Assembly (NCBI RefSeq): GCF_036321535.1
Contig: NC_087437.1
Span: 54,066,001-54,130,000, forward strand
DNA: 64,000 nt
Direction: 5' to 3'
Source: Camelus dromedarius
Lineage: Eukaryota
Below, piece after piece: positions 1 to 13,865 of the stretch; position 1 is the stretch's first letter; each line of letters opens with the position of its first letter. A program made the position numbers and the translations under genes. The notes under the pieces are model-generated. The model worked only from the letters and a program-made list of their open reading frames with translations. It did no database searches and had not been told where the DNA came from.

Positions 1-69
1 GCTTCTTGCCCTTAAGTACCAGTCTTGAACTGTGGAAGATCAAAGGAACTCAGGTGGAGAGTTTTGTTA

Positions 70-450
70 TATTTTTTCAGCTTTACTGAGGTGTAACTGA
101 CATGTAAAATTGTAAGATATTTAAAGCGTACTTCGTGGTGATTTGGCATGCTTATACACTGCGAAAGGAGTCTAGTTATTTAACACGTTCATTTTGGTAA
201 GAGCATTTAAGTTCTACTCTCTTAGCAAATTTCGGTTGTACACACAGTGCTATCAGCTATAATCACCTTGTTTTACATCCGACTCTCAGATCTTAGTTAT
301 CTTATAACTGGAAGTCTGTACCCTTCTACCAACATAACCCTGTTGCCCCCACCCTCCAGCCCCCAGCAACCGCTTCTCTGCTCCATTTCTCCGAGTTTGA
401 CTTCCACGTTTAAGTGATACCAAGAAGTCTTTGTCTTTCTCTGTCTAGCT
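70..450 (-). mobile_element. Old L1 (L1MA/L1MB-like) 3' end fragment
   Basis: Starts tttttcagctttactgaggtgtaactgaca...aaattgtaagatatttaaag, the reverse complement of a typical eutherian L1 3' terminus. Subfamily judged by eye. Confidence 0.65.
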
Positions 451-2602
451 TAAGTCTTGTTACATTTTTCATCTTAAAAGTTCGTTTACTCTTTCCTTTC
501 ATCATTTCCTTCCAATCCATGCACTCCTAGTTGTTTTTGTTTTGTTTGTTTTTTTTTCCCACCTTAGAAATCCAATTCCCTTCTATCCTCAGAACCTGAT
601 CTTCTGGGTCAGTTATTTCTTCCTTCTAGACTATTTCAGTTTTACATATTTGCTTTTCATTTGTGCCCAGCTTCAGCACATGATAGGCTAGTCAATGCTG
701 GTGGATTGACATCTTTTAGATTGTAGTAACAGCAATGCTCAAGAATATCCTCTGAAAATTCATTTTCTACATGATACTTTTCTTGCCTTTGTTTGTTCTT
801 GTTGTGGGTGGATTTTTATCATCTTAATTTCAGGGGCATCTGATGGACATCTGATTTTTTTTTTCTGTAGACTAAATTCTCATTACTCTAACACTTGCTG
901 TTTAGCAAAGCTGGGCATGAAGGTTTTTTGGTTTAGCTTGGGTCGTGAGCTAAGCACATGGCATTTATTGTTCAATTCAATCCCACAACACAGCTCCCAG
1001 GAGATATTATTATCTCCATTTACAGAAGAGGAACCTGAAATTCAATTCCACAGCCAGTTAGTATGAATAATGCCCAGGCTTTTTTGGCTGCAATGACCAA
1101 GCACTTTCTCTTTATACCACCCTGCCTCCCACGAATATATGGTCTGCTGAGGGAAAACGTGACATGTGTGCAATCAGCTAACCACCACACTCTTCTCTCT
1201 TGACATTTTGCCTGCCGCTCTCTTTAATACTCATCTCCATACCCCTGTTCAAGGTCCAGCACGGGGCTACAAATATAGCGGCTTTTGAGGAAGTTGGATG
1301 GCTAACGAAATAAATTTTAAAAAGCCAATAACCTGAGTGCAAACTACTGGCTTTGAGAGCACTGAGGGCATCATTTTAATTGGGGAAGTGATCTTCGAGG
1401 GTTCAAGAAGGTTGCAGACTTTGGTGAAGAAGATTTTCCAAAGTAGCCAATGTTGCCAAAGGACTTTCCAGGCAGAGAAGCATGAGAAAAGGGAACGAGT
1501 TGGGCAGAGCCTGGCAGGCTGGGGAAAGGAGACTGAGGGTATGTGAAGCTTGGAGGCACAATGAGGACATCGATGTGAAATGCAGCAGCTGGAAGATTGA
1601 GGCCAGAGGTTAAAGGGACTTGACATTGGGACCCACCCTGGAAATAATGAAGAACCATAGGGTGGGCTTGAGGGGATGAGATATGACCCAGACAGTGCAG
1701 GAAGGTTGGGCAGCAACTTTAGAGCTTTACGAGTGAATATGAGTTCACTCTGGACATGGACATCCAGCCCCAAATTCTAGCAATCAGCTCATAGTCTCAG
1801 CTAAGAAAAATGACAGGAGTTCTACAATTCAAGGCAAAATAAAATATTTTCCAAAAAGTCATCGCATTCCTCTCCTCCCAGCTGAATGAAGCCCTGTGAA
1901 TTTGTGCTCACAGTCTGAAGAGCTCTGGAGGGCCTGTCAAGAAGGTATTGTATAAACCTTATCTCAGAGATATATTCTTGAGAACTTGTTTACATGACAG
2001 AAACATCGCCTGGTGGAATTTCATTGTTCTAACAGGCTTCAAGGAGCCAAAAGTCAATATATCCATCAGTACTCCCTGCCTGTGATGGTCAGGATTCTTA
2101 GACCACTCCCCGGACTGAGTGCCATTTGGAGCTGGAAGATGACAGGGCAGCAGAGGGGATCTATTTTTAGGGAACATTCAGTGTCACATTCTTCCTCAGA
2201 CCTCAGCCCTTTCACTGGGCGGTGGGCACCAGCTATGTCAGACTTTTTAAACCCACTGGGATGTGATCTGCCAGTGTCCACATCTGGAGGAGGACAGAAG
2301 AAACACTAACTCAGAGATCCTGAACAGCAGCTCATTGTCCTGATGACAACATGAAGGTGAGAGGCTTGCAAAGCACAGGGGATCCTCAGCAAATTTCACA
2401 CAGTTGGCTTCCTCTCCAAGTCTGCCTGCCCACTGGCCGCTTCATACTGTGTTGAGTGCCAGAGTCCTGAGGTTCCTTCCTCCCCCAAGTATTCTGCTGT
2501 CTGACCTCACCTTGACACTGGGATTTGTATGGCTAAAATGACCCCTGCCCCCTATCAGCCATGCTATGCCTGTGCCAGCGTGTGTGCACAAGTGTGCGCA
2601 CA

Positions 2603-2633
2603 AACACACACAGAAACACACACACACACACAC
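2603..2633. repeat. (CA)n microsatellite, imperfect
   Basis: aacacacacagaaacacacacacacacacaca. Confidence 0.9.
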
Positions 2634-4124
2634 AGGCATTTGCATTTTAACAAGGATCCAATGCCTGGGAGTAGCTCCTTTCAGGTATTAACAGGGGATG
2701 CCAGAGACTTTCTCTGTGATATGGGGTCCTTGCCTGATACCCCGGATTATCCCATATCACAGATTCATCTATAGCACAGAGCACTGGACCAGAAGTCCAG
2801 ATACTCAGATTCTAATCCCAGCTCTGCCACTAATGGACTGTACAAATTTAGGCAAATCATTTGGATTCCCTAGGGCTTGATTTCCTCATGTGTGAAATGG
2901 AAGTGATGCCTTTCTTCTCCATTTCGCAGTGGGAACGTGCCACATAACCAGAGATGCTGCTGTGTGGACAGCCTCACCTATGAGCAGGGCTCACCTGCCC
3001 GGGAGCCCCCACAGCTGCCCATCCTCTAGGCAGCTGGTGAGGATAGCTTCCCTGCCTCTGAGCAGGGCTCACCACGCTGGCCTGCTTGTGAATTTTCTGT
3101 GGCTCCCTATCACCTACAGAGTAAAGTCCACGTTTCTCGTTTGAATAGAACAAGTTCCACACAAATTGGTCCCAGTCTACCTTTATTCCTTGTCTCCTGG
3201 TGAAAAACACTGTGTAGTACCTGTTGACCACCTACTAAGGGTCAGGCACTGTTCTCAGTGCTTTAAATGCATCAGTTTATCGATCCTTATAAACGTGAGT
3301 TGCGTATGACTGATTCACTTTTTACAGATGTGGAAAAAATTTGAGGAATTTTGAGAAAATCACTTTGTGAATTTCACAGTTATTCAGGTAAAGTTGAGAT
3401 CTGAAATAAAGCCAAATCTTTTGTACTAGAGGCCTATTTTTTTTCCTAGATAGTCCCTGGGTTTGAATCATACTGTGCAACACACCGTCTCTCAGATGTG
3501 CACATCCTGTTTGTCACCTGCTCAGTGCCTGTGTTGATGCTGTCGCCTTCCCATGACCTGCCCTCTCCTTACCCTATCCCTGTCCGGATTGCTCACCCTT
3601 TGAGGACTAACCCCAGTATGACATCCTCCCGGGAGCAGCTCCTGCTGGCCTCCAATGACTCTGCCTCCTGCTTCATTGGCCCCTTGGGCCTGCTTACTAG
3701 GTATTCTGTCTGCCTGGACACTGCACTCAGTGGCAAGTCCTTTGAGGACAGGGACAAGTCTTCTTGGCCTTTACCTCCTAGAGTACGCAGGAGAGCACCC
3801 TACAGGGAGACTCCCTTACACCAGGGTACCAGGCACCGGCAGATTTCAAATCCCTCTCTCTCGCCGACGTGGCTTATAATCTCCATAGCGAGAGCAAGGG
3901 GCAGTCAGCCTCATTGTATAGATGAGGCTCTGAAGCCCAGAGGGCGAACAGATCTGCTCACAGGCACCAGCCAGCTAGGTAAGTGCAGACAAAGCGGATG
4001 ACAATATTCCCATTCCTGGCCCCCTGGTCTTTCTTCTCCACTAGCATTCGGCCCCCAACTCTTTCAGGCACACAGTGACCGTTGACCTTTTTCAGAGGCC
4101 ACATAGCATGGTACAAAGAGATAT

Positions 4125-4390
4125 ATAATAACAATAGCTAACGTTTTCTGAGCCCTTACTGTGTGTCGGGCACAGTTCTGAATGCTCTGCAGGCATATCA
4201 TTTAGTCCCAGCAGTCAGCCTGGGAGGTGAGGTGCATTTTTATCATCACCTCCTTTTTATACATGAGGAAACAAACAAGTCACAGAGAGGTTCAGTAACT
4301 TGCCTGAGGTCACACAGTATGAAAGTAGTGGAATCAGGATTTGAACCCAGAGAGTGTGACTCAGACCCATGCATACAAACACTCTGCTCT
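4125..4390 (-). mobile_element. MIR SINE, near full length
   Basis: gaggaaac...cacagagaggttcagtaacttgcctgaggtcacacag...ggatttgaaccca is the reverse-complement MIR core and B box. Confidence 0.8.
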
Positions 4391-5402
4391 GGTTGCTGAT
4401 TCTTATGTGTCCTCAGACATAGCGGGGCCCCACACATCTCATCTATGATTCACAGGGAGGTGGTGAGCATTCACGGGGTGAACGATGCGGGAAATCCTGT
4501 GTGAGGTCCTGCACGTAGTAGGCTATCAGTAAATCATAGCTCCTAACTTTACTATGAAGCATCCCTCAACGACAGAGCCTCGACTGGCAAAAGCTTTTCA
4601 TGGTAATGAAAGAATTTGGCAAATGGAAATGCATAATTAGCTATTTATTTTCAGTTCACCTCCATCGAATTGAGATAAAACATTAAGTGCATCACTCCAG
4701 TTTGTGAGAAAGAGGTAGGCGAGAGGCAGCGTTTGACATTGGGCTTTAAAAGCTCTTAAATAATTACAGCGTTCAGAGCAAACAAGGCCTTCATGCTTCA
4801 TTAGGCGACATGTATTACGGCTCCATTAACACACTGTGGCACTTTTCCATTTCTCATTTTCAAAGCACGCTGAGATGGATGCTGGAGTCATCAGTGTTAA
4901 CTGATAGCTAACAGAAACAAACTTCCTAAAAGGGGAATGATTTTTAGGTCCTAATTTGATTAATTATTAAAGCTCCTGGAACCTACCTTAATGGGGGAGA
5001 CAGGAAAACCAAATAATGTTAATATTGATTCATGTGAAAACCCAGCCTGGTTATAGCCTCCAGGTACCTGCACCCCCCTTTTAGTATTTGTTCTTGATTC
5101 TGCCAAGGTAAATAGAAAAGCCAGGAGTATTTACAGGTAATTAAAAATAAAGTACTGTTCTCACTTTCACTCCGCAGAAAATCCACGACGCATCTTCGTT
5201 GAGATGATTCAGAGAGAGAGATGGTGCTTTTGTTCCTGAACTCTTCTCTCTCAGCCGGCCCCGATGCTTTAGCAACCCACAGTACTCACTGCTTTAGTTC
5301 ATAATAAAAATGCAAGTTTTAAATAATTAAAACGAGTGGCCACCTAAGTGAATGCCATTTGGTAACACCTTTACAGTTACAGATGTATATGTAAGTATAG
5401 GT

Positions 5403-5455
5403 GTAGATAGAAGGATGGATGGATGGATAGATAGATATATGGATAGATAGATAAA
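5403..5455. repeat. Compound (GGAT)n/(AGAT)n microsatellite
   Basis: gatagaaggatggatggatggatagatagatatatggatagatagata. Confidence 0.85.
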
Positions 5456-5524
5456 GACAGGCAGACACACAGATGTAGACACAGCCATAGATACAGCTAT
5501 ACAGATATTTCAACAAACATGTAG

Positions 5525-5745
5525 GCTATTCCGTGTAGTGATTAAGGGTTGGGCTCTGGAGTCAGTTTCCCTGGTTCAGATTTGGGCATCATTACTTACT
5601 ACTGGGAAACCTTAGACAATATACCTAAACCTTCTGTGCCTCAGTTTCTTCATCTATAAAGTAGAGATTTAAAACATTACCTCATGTAGTTGTGGGGTTA
5701 AAGGCGTGAGTAACTGTAAGAAGGTGTAAACAATTTCTGGCCTTG
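5525..5745 (+). mobile_element. MIR SINE
   Basis: gtagtgattaag...ctctggagtcag...cttctgtgcctcagtttcttcatctataaa (MIR core). Confidence 0.75.
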
Positions 5746-7570
5746 CTAGTATCTGCCGTCACCATGATCGTTACCCTCTGTGTGCCAGGCCTCCCTATGG
5801 GGAATATATGGTTAACTCAGATCTGGGCTTGGTCCTCAGGAAATTCATCACTATGTGCATTAAGACATTTGCACGAATAACTAATACAATTTAGAAAACA
5901 CTCAGCACCTTAGAGGAAAACATAAGAGAAGCTATAAAGATTCAGAGGGATGAGAACACTTTCCAGTGGGGGGAGTGAGGGATGCCGTCCAGATTGGGAG
6001 GACATCCTGTGTGGGGGGAAAGGTGAGAGCAAGTGCCCAGAAGAAGGAAAGTCATGTGCTGGTCAACTAGCTTTTAAAATCAAGCAGGGAGAGAGAAGTC
6101 GATTTGGGGGGATGAGGGTAGGTGAGTGACAAAGTTTCAAATTCTTGTCATGGGCTTCCTTAGGTTCACAACTGATGGGGGGCACCAGAAAGCCCTCCGC
6201 AAGACTAAGAGGGGTGGGGAAGCCACAGGCCGCCACCAGAAGATGGAATATGATCATCAGTAGAAAGAACACACCAACCTGAACGCTAGAGGGAGTGAGG
6301 TCTACTCCCCCGCTTCCTTTCACTAGTCCTGCTGAGGCCTCGGACAACTCCCTGTCCTTCTCTGGACCCATTGCCTCAGTTATAAAATAAGAGATTGGGG
6401 GTGGGCAATCTCCAAAAGCCCTTCCAGCTTTGGCATTCTAGGAGTCTAAGAATTTGCCAAGAGCTGAAGTGCCTCCCTTTTGGCACCCTCCCCCCTCCAC
6501 TGCCTATTCACACACCTTTCCAACCCCTTCCAACCCCTTCCATTCCTTCATTTATATACAAGCAGATAGCATTCAAATAACAAAAAAGACAAGAAATCCC
6601 AAAGTGAAAATATTAGGAAAGGGTTAAAAAGTAGAGGAGGAAATTGAGATTAGCGGCCAGACAATTCTGCAGACAGGATGGGAACAATTTAATGGCAAGG
6701 CCAGCTTTTCAGGGCCTTCATGACTTGATAGTGAAGCTATTAAGTAGCTCAAACCACTCTTTTTTAATGAAGTGGTTCATTGGGACAAACACTTCAAGCT
6801 AAGAGGCAATGTTGCTACAGCTAGGTTTGAAGTGTTTTGCAAAGCATTAACACAATCTTTCACTGTCCTTTATCCTCCCCACTTCATGTAAAGCTGAGTT
6901 ACATGAATTAGTGTTCAACCAATACCATTTGGAGCCCTTCTGTTACTCAAATTTCTCAAGATTCTACTATGTCACTTCTACTGACACGATTAACTTTTCA
7001 TTAACTTTAATGGAAACTGTGAGGGTGAAGTCCATTTTGTTCCCTGGGACTTTTTGTTTCTTGATGGTGAGTTCTGGAGCTTTATTTGACTCATCATTAT
7101 AAATATACATTGGGTAATGACTACTAAGGGACAGTATTTCCTGAACAAAATGGAACTTTCCCATCCAATCCACTTAGTAAACTAACAGGTATTCAAAATT
7201 AGAGGAATCACAAACATCGTTGAGTCCTGCCATCATTTGAGTCTCCTTTTAACATCCCTACCAAATAATAGTCCAGCCTTTGTTTGAACAGATCCAAAGG
7301 CTGGGAGTCAACTTCTTTTAAGTGTTCATCATGTGACCAATATCCAAGAAATATCACCATTCTGCTTACCGTCCTTCTGGTGCAGTCTTATTTGTATTCA
7401 TGGTCCCCCTTTAGCCATAAATAATGACTTTCCTTTGACCCATCTTAAGGTTGTCATTGACTTGCTCAGTCAAGTCCCATCTCAGAGATTAGGACCTTGG
7501 ATAATACACCTGTGACTTAGGAACATTATACAACCAGGGACTGGCCCTTAGTCTTTAGGGCAAATGTATT

Positions 7571-8033
7571 TGTGGTCTGCAAAATAATCACCTTTCCCAA
7601 AGAAGTTAATGTCCTAATTCCTGAATCTACAAATATGTTATCTTACATGGGAAAAGGGGTTTTGCAGATGTGATTGCATGGAGAATCTTGTCATGAGGAG
7701 ATTATCCTGGATTATCTATATGGGCCCAAAGGACAAAGGGCCTTGTAAGAGGGAAACAGAAAGCTCAGAGTCAGAGAAGGACAAGGAGAGGTAGCAATGG
7801 AAGAGGAAACTGGAATGATGTGGGGCTATGAACCAAGGAACGTAAGAAGTCTTCAGAAGCTGAAAAAAGGAAATAGATTCTCCCCAGAGCTTCTAGAAGG
7901 AACACAGTCTTGTTGACAGTGTGGGACTGATTTGGGGCTTCTGACCTCCAGAGCTATAAGGTGATAAGTTTGTGTTTCTTTCAGCCAATACATTATGCTA
8001 ATTTGTTACAGCAGCAATTGGAATCTAATAAAC
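7571..8033 (+). mobile_element. MaLR solo LTR (MLT1D-like)
   Basis: tgtggt...gtcctaattcctgaa...tttgcagatgtgatt...gattatcctggattatc...ttctgacctccaga...tttgttacagcagcaattggaatctaata, typical MLT1 blocks and terminus. Confidence 0.8.
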
Positions 8034-10536
8034 CAGTAATAATAAAATAAATTTATGCCTGAATTAGATGAGTTCACCTAGGGTTGGGGAGTGACTCAAA
8101 TTACCCAAATTCACAAGAGTCCAAGAGCCCAAACTGACACTAATTTTCTTATTATTAACATTATTTCATCCAGGGCACCCCATTTCTAGGATCAGGGTAC
8201 CCGAGAATGGAGCAGATCAACAGAAGTTTGTCTAGTGGCAGAAAAATTAAAGCAGAGGAAATTATATTATATTTTTAGGTATTTTTTCTAGTGTAGTAAA
8301 ACCTAATACATTATTCTTGGTCTGTTATGAAGCTTCTGTTGCTCAGTCTGAAGTACAGATTCTCTCTCTCACTAGAAAGTACTATAATCATTAGGCAATT
8401 TCCCCTCTCTGAATTTCCTTTATTATTTGCCTTAATCAGTTACAAAAACACCTTTAGTTATGTATCAGTCAAGGGCACACCTAAATACACCTTACAGATA
8501 AGCAGGACCAATGAGGAGCCTCAGAACTACCACACATTTAATATGAATTATATTTGAAATTGATATCCTTCAAATGCCTTAGAGGAATTTAGAAAAAAAG
8601 TTTTAGTTTCACTAACAATATTCAGAAGTCATCTCCAAGTGAGCAATTTCTTGGAAACATTCCATACTTGATGAATGTCATACGTTTCTGTTAAATTCCA
8701 TTCCTGAGAGCAATATTTTCTGCCATTCTCCCCAAATCCTTGAGCTATACCTGACTTGGTTCCTGTGGATGCCTTGTCTTAGCGTGGTTCTGAGATGGAA
8801 AAGAAATCTGTGTGCATATACCTTTTTCAGTTAGGAACCTCAGTCACACTTGACTCATTACTCTCCTTAAGGTCTTATGTCTAATTTGTCATCAAATACT
8901 GTCATTGTTTTTTTTTTTTCTTTCCAAAATGTCCCTTGATTATTCCCTCACTGGGTCAGGCCTCCAACCCTCACACAATCCAACAATCATATTGGCTCTC
9001 CCTGCCACCAGCTCACCTTGAATTCAACCAGTGAATGACGGGATGGACTTTGGATGTGGCCTCTCTGCCTATTGATCTTTGCCTGGCTCTGGACCTAGAC
9101 ACTCACTCCTCTATCCACAACCCTTGAAGAGTTGACACTGGTCGCCATACTAAGTCCATCCAACTGGTTTGCAATCTCTTCTCCACCTAGAAAACTTTAT
9201 TTCCCACTATTTACTTAATAATTGTGCTGATTGGATTGATCTCCTACAGACCCTATTCAACAAGACCTCCCAAAAGTTTGCCTGTGCTGGATCTCACTGC
9301 TAGACCCATCCAAGTGTAACAGGAGGAGATGCCTGGGGGCTATGACTCTTTTCTAATATGGAGTTGATACAGAAGCATTCTTAAAGTCAGACAGAGCCAG
9401 GTTCTATTCCAAGCTCTGCCACAATCTTGCTAAGCTTCACTGTAAAGTAAGAATAACAGTAACACTTATTTCATGTCAGAGGAAAGGGTTAAAGGAGAGA
9501 ATCTGTGCTGTTGCCATTATTTAAAATCCAGTGTGCTTCTAACTACATCATACGGATTCTCAAGTAGAAAAGCAAACAAACAAATCACAACAATGAAACC
9601 TTTCAGACTTCTTAAAACTTACCTAAACAACTGAGGTTGAAGAGCCTCTCAGATTCAGGAAACATTCATTCCTTACTGAATACCCCAGAGTCAATGAGCC
9701 CAGCATGGCCATGGGCAGACAGATGCACTCCCTGGGCCACGGCCTCAAGCAGATGGTAGCACCTGGAAAGTCTGTGCAGTGGGACCTTTCACGCCCATTT
9801 TCTAAGAGTCTGTACCCTTCCTGCAAGGCTCAGACCTGATTCTTTAAGCCCCATCCTAAACTCATTGACAATTTCTGGCCTTTCCTGCTTCTGCATCTGC
9901 CCTGGAAAGAGTGGAAAAGAGAACACTTTATGCTGTCATATGCACATTTTGAGGGTTTTGAGCCAATGGTCCCCCAGGGATGACCAAGGGCAGAAACTGG
10001 AATGACAGGGGGATTCCAGAGACACCACGATCTCCTGAAACAGGTGGACATCGTCTCAGTGCTGGAGCCACAAAGATGACCCTCTGGAAAACGTGTCTGG
10101 GGGGCCTTTGCTTCCTAGGGTAGCTAACTTCAGGTTGTCTGGACTAGAAGGGCCTGAATCTGGGATCCTGCTGCGCGTAGAGAGCCATTAGTCTGAGCAA
10201 GTGCAGCCTCCTGTAGAGATTCTTAGTCACAAGAACCCCAGGGCCCACGCCCAGAGTCAGACAGAACAGATACAAAAGAAGACAAGCCTCTAAATCTGAC
10301 CTCCCAGGCTAAGCTGTCTTCCTCTTACGAAACAGATCCCATCCCAGCGGATCTCCACATTTGAAATCTACACCTTCTGCATGCACCCTGCGCAAGACCC
10401 AGTTCTCCTCCGAGGTTCAGGGAGCCTTAGAACTACCAGACTCATTGGGTCAGCTATGTCCATTTCTCCTCTATACAAGGAAAGATGGCCTGGCAACCAA
10501 GAAGCCATGGTCCCCCTTCCACTCCTACAGGCATTA

Positions 10537-11305
10537 TTTTTTTTTAACTTTTTTTTTTATTGAATTGTAGTCATTTTACAATGTTGTGTCAAATTCCAGT
10601 GTAGAGCACAATTTTTCAGTTATATATGAACATACATATATTCATTGTCACATTCTTTTTTGCTGTGAGCTACCACAAGATCTTGTATATATTTCCCTGT
10701 GCTATACAGTATAATCTTGTTTATCTATTCTGCATATGCCTGTCAGTATCTACAAATTTTGAAATCCCAGTCTGTCCCTTCCCACCATCCGCCCCCTTGG
10801 CAACCACAAGTTTGTATTCTATGTCTATGAGTCTGTTTCTGTTTTGTATTTATGTTCTTTTTTTTTTTTTTTTAGATTCCACATATGAGCGATCTCATAT
10901 GGTATTTTTCTTTCTCTTTCTGGCTTACTTCACTTAGAATGACATTCTCCAGGAGTATCCATGTTGCTGCAAATGGCATTATGTTGTCATTTTTATAACT
11001 GAATAGTATTCCATTGTATAAATATACCACATCTTCTTTATCCACCTGTTGATGGACATTTAGGCTGTTTCCATGTTTTGGCTATTGTAAATAGTGCTGC
11101 TATGAACATTGGGGTGCAGGTGTCTTTTTGAAGTAGGATTCCTTCTGGATATATGCCCAGGAGCGGGGTTCCAGGGTCATATGTTAAGTCTATTCCTAGT
11201 CTTTTGAGGAATCTCCATACTGTTTTCCATAGTGGCTGCACCAAACTGCATCCCCACCAGCACTGTAGGAGGGTCCCTTTTGTCCACAGCCTCTCTAGCA
11301 TTGGT
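10537..11305 (-). mobile_element. 5'-truncated, relatively young L1 (ORF2 C-terminus, 3' UTR, polyA)
   Basis: ORF 11038..11301(-) reads [23 protein letters not shown]...[12 protein letters not shown]...[23 protein letters not shown], the L1 ORF2p C-terminal region. T-rich tail at 10537-10560. Confidence 0.95.
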
Positions 11306-12669
11306 CATTTTCCAATATTCTGGGTCCTGGACTTGAATTAAAATCAAGTCTTCTATCTTATTGGGTCTAGCATTTTAATTGCCTTCTTTTCTATTATTTG
11401 ATGTCTTCTTTTTATTTAATGACTTCCAAGGGCTCCCCAAGATTATATAAGTACCAGGGCTGGGATAAATGATGCCCTCAGCTTTACAGCCTGGAAGGAA
11501 AACATTTAAAGTGGATTTAATTTCATTCTCCTTTCATCCTAGCACCCAAAAAGTAGAGGGAAATGATGTGAAATTATCTGTTTTTCTCTTTCTGCAGCAA
11601 GGGGAAAATTTGCAAGAGGAAAAGCTTTTTTCTAATATCAGTTTATTATTATTTTTTAAAGGCACTCCGAATATGGAGTGAGTTGGCATAGCCATTTCTT
11701 TATTGTTCTTAATTTGAACAATCCAGTGTGATTGCTTTTAAACACATCTCTGGGGTTTCAGCTATTTTTAATTAGAGTGGCTTCATTTTTTTCTTTCTTG
11801 TTTTTTTTTTTTTTCACCGTTATCATTCTAAATTTGTTTTCAGTCTTCCCACTCCCCTAGTCTCTGCCTCCTCCCTTAACTCTCCTGTCCCCTATCATAT
11901 TCAGCCAAGGTTTTACAGAAGCTAGTAAATTGTGATTTATCTGTGTCTATAAAGATAAAGGTCTCCAGTTCTTCCTCTGTGACTCCAGTCGCCCTCTCAC
12001 CCCCATGCTTGGAAACAGAATTGAAAGTTTATGACGATATGTTCCCTCTGTAATGAGGAAAAACCCAATAAACCATATCATAAAACAGAATCATAAAATT
12101 AGAGATGGGAGACTATCCACTTTCACGCCTACCCAATTTTACAGGGGAGGAAACTGAGGCCCAGCCTGGCTGAAGTCAGACTCATTTAAAGGCAGAGCTG
12201 GCCTCGAGGCTGGAGCCCCACCTGAGAGGCCTGTGCTGCTTCCTCCGGGCCGCCCACCAGCTCTGAGCTGGCCACCGGAGACACAACACAACAGCAATTA
12301 CGGGACCTGGCCATCAGCTCCAACACTTCCCCAGCCCCATCCCACCTCCCGAGAAGAGCCGGGAGTGCTCCAGCATTTCTCTGCTGGGGCACTGTCGTCA
12401 TGGTCTGTGGTTGACAGAACATGGGGCTGAAATTCAAAACATCCCGGTTCTAGTCTTGCCTGACACTAATCAGCCCTATGTAATTGAATGAGTCATTTAC
12501 GTTTCTAAAAGTCCATTTTCTCCCCATGAAATGGAAATAATATCTACTTGCCCTACAGCACAGGATGATGACTAAACAACTTCCCTGTCTTTTAAAATTC
12601 TGTACCCTTCGGGTCCAGGACACCCCTCTTTTCCTCATCTCTATGGTCATTCCTTTCAAGCTCCTCTCT

Positions 12670-13350
12670 GAGGTTATTCCCTTTCAACACCTCTTCTGAG
12701 GGATTCCCCTCAGGGCTCTATCCTCTCTCCATTCCTCCTCTTACTCTGCACATTTTTCCTGGATAATTTTACTCCTTGCCTTCAACTACCATCCGTGAAA
12801 TATGATTCCTAAATCTCTTCTCCAGCCTAGACCTGACTCCCAAGGGAAATGTATCTCTTCACTGTTCCCCGTGGGTGGTCCTTAGCTTCTTAGCTCAACA
12901 TACCCGCCACAAACCTACTCTACATCCCTTAAGCCTTCTCTTCTCTGTTGTCTTGGTGAATGGCACCCCATGCTACTCTGCTGCTTACATTAAAAAAGTG
13001 GAAACCATGCTAGTTTCCTCCTAAGTCCCCAGCCACATTGAATAGCCTCAATATTCAGTTATGCTTTTCTCCTGAAATTTTTTTCCATTTCATTCCATTT
13101 TACCCATTCTTATTGCCTAATTAAGGCTCTGTTAGTCTCTTACCTAGACTATTTCAACTACCTCTAAAATATCTTCTCTTTTTTCAGTTTATCCCTTTCT
13201 AGTTCATATTCTACACCGTCATCATAGTTAACTACCCAAAATGAAATTCTGACCATTTTACTTTCAGCATATTTTAAAGTCACTCATCATCTAAAAACCA
13301 AAAAGATTAAAACCCTTTCACAATGTCCTTCATGCCAACTCTCCAGTCTC
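12670..13350 (+). mobile_element. L2 LINE fragment, degraded
   Basis: cctcagggctctatcct...cttcaactaccatc...tctccagcctagacct...tctcttacctagactatttcaacta resemble the L2 3' region. Confidence 0.6.
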
Positions 13351-13373
13351 ATCTACATCCTGATCTCTGTTAG

Positions 13374-13375
13374 CA

Positions 13376-13405
<30 letters not shown>
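13374..13405. repeat. (CA)n microsatellite
   Basis: cacacacaccacacacacacacacacacaca. Confidence 0.9.
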
Positions 13406-13406
<1 letters not shown>

Positions 13407-13459
13407 ACCACCATCACTACCATCACCACTCCACCCATTGGTACTATTGCATTTCTTAA

Positions 13460-13865
13460 TTCTTGCTAAGGGTCTCAGATCTGCTGAGAGCAGACAACTT
13501 TTGGATTACCTTTGCAGGCTTCAAACTCCCTTCTTTGAAGCTTTCACCCATAGAGGAGAGCCTTGGAAACCATGTGTGTATCACATGATCTTCCCAATCT
13601 GGTCATGTGGGTAGGGCTAGAGCAGATTCTGGACCCAAGCTGGGCCAAGTACCAAGAATTTAGGTATTTAGACAGAGAGCTATAAATAAGGTAACTATGG
13701 TTCTGGGGATACCTTTTCTGTTCGTGTTCAGCCTCACCGTGTTGCCTGGCAGGACTCTGCCCTAGGGAATCTACAGGATGCCCATGATTCCCAGTCATAC
13801 ACTCCCATTCTTGTTTAAGCAAGTATGAATGGGTTTGTTTTACTTGCCTCCAAATGAGTCTAAGT
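13460..13865 (+). mobile_element. Old MaLR LTR (MLT1-type) fragment
   Basis: 3' end ttgtttaagcaagtatgaatgggtttgttttacttgcctccaaatgagtctaa resembles an old MLT1 terminus. Confidence 0.45.

Noticed and set aside
1267..1773. 168-aa minus-strand ORF
   Set aside because: No recognisable domain, no splice or promoter context, and low-information composition. It overlaps sequence resembling a decayed L2, so it is probably a chance ORF.
11038..11301. 87-aa ORF as a host gene
   Set aside because: It is the C-terminal fragment of L1 ORF2p in a truncated LINE.
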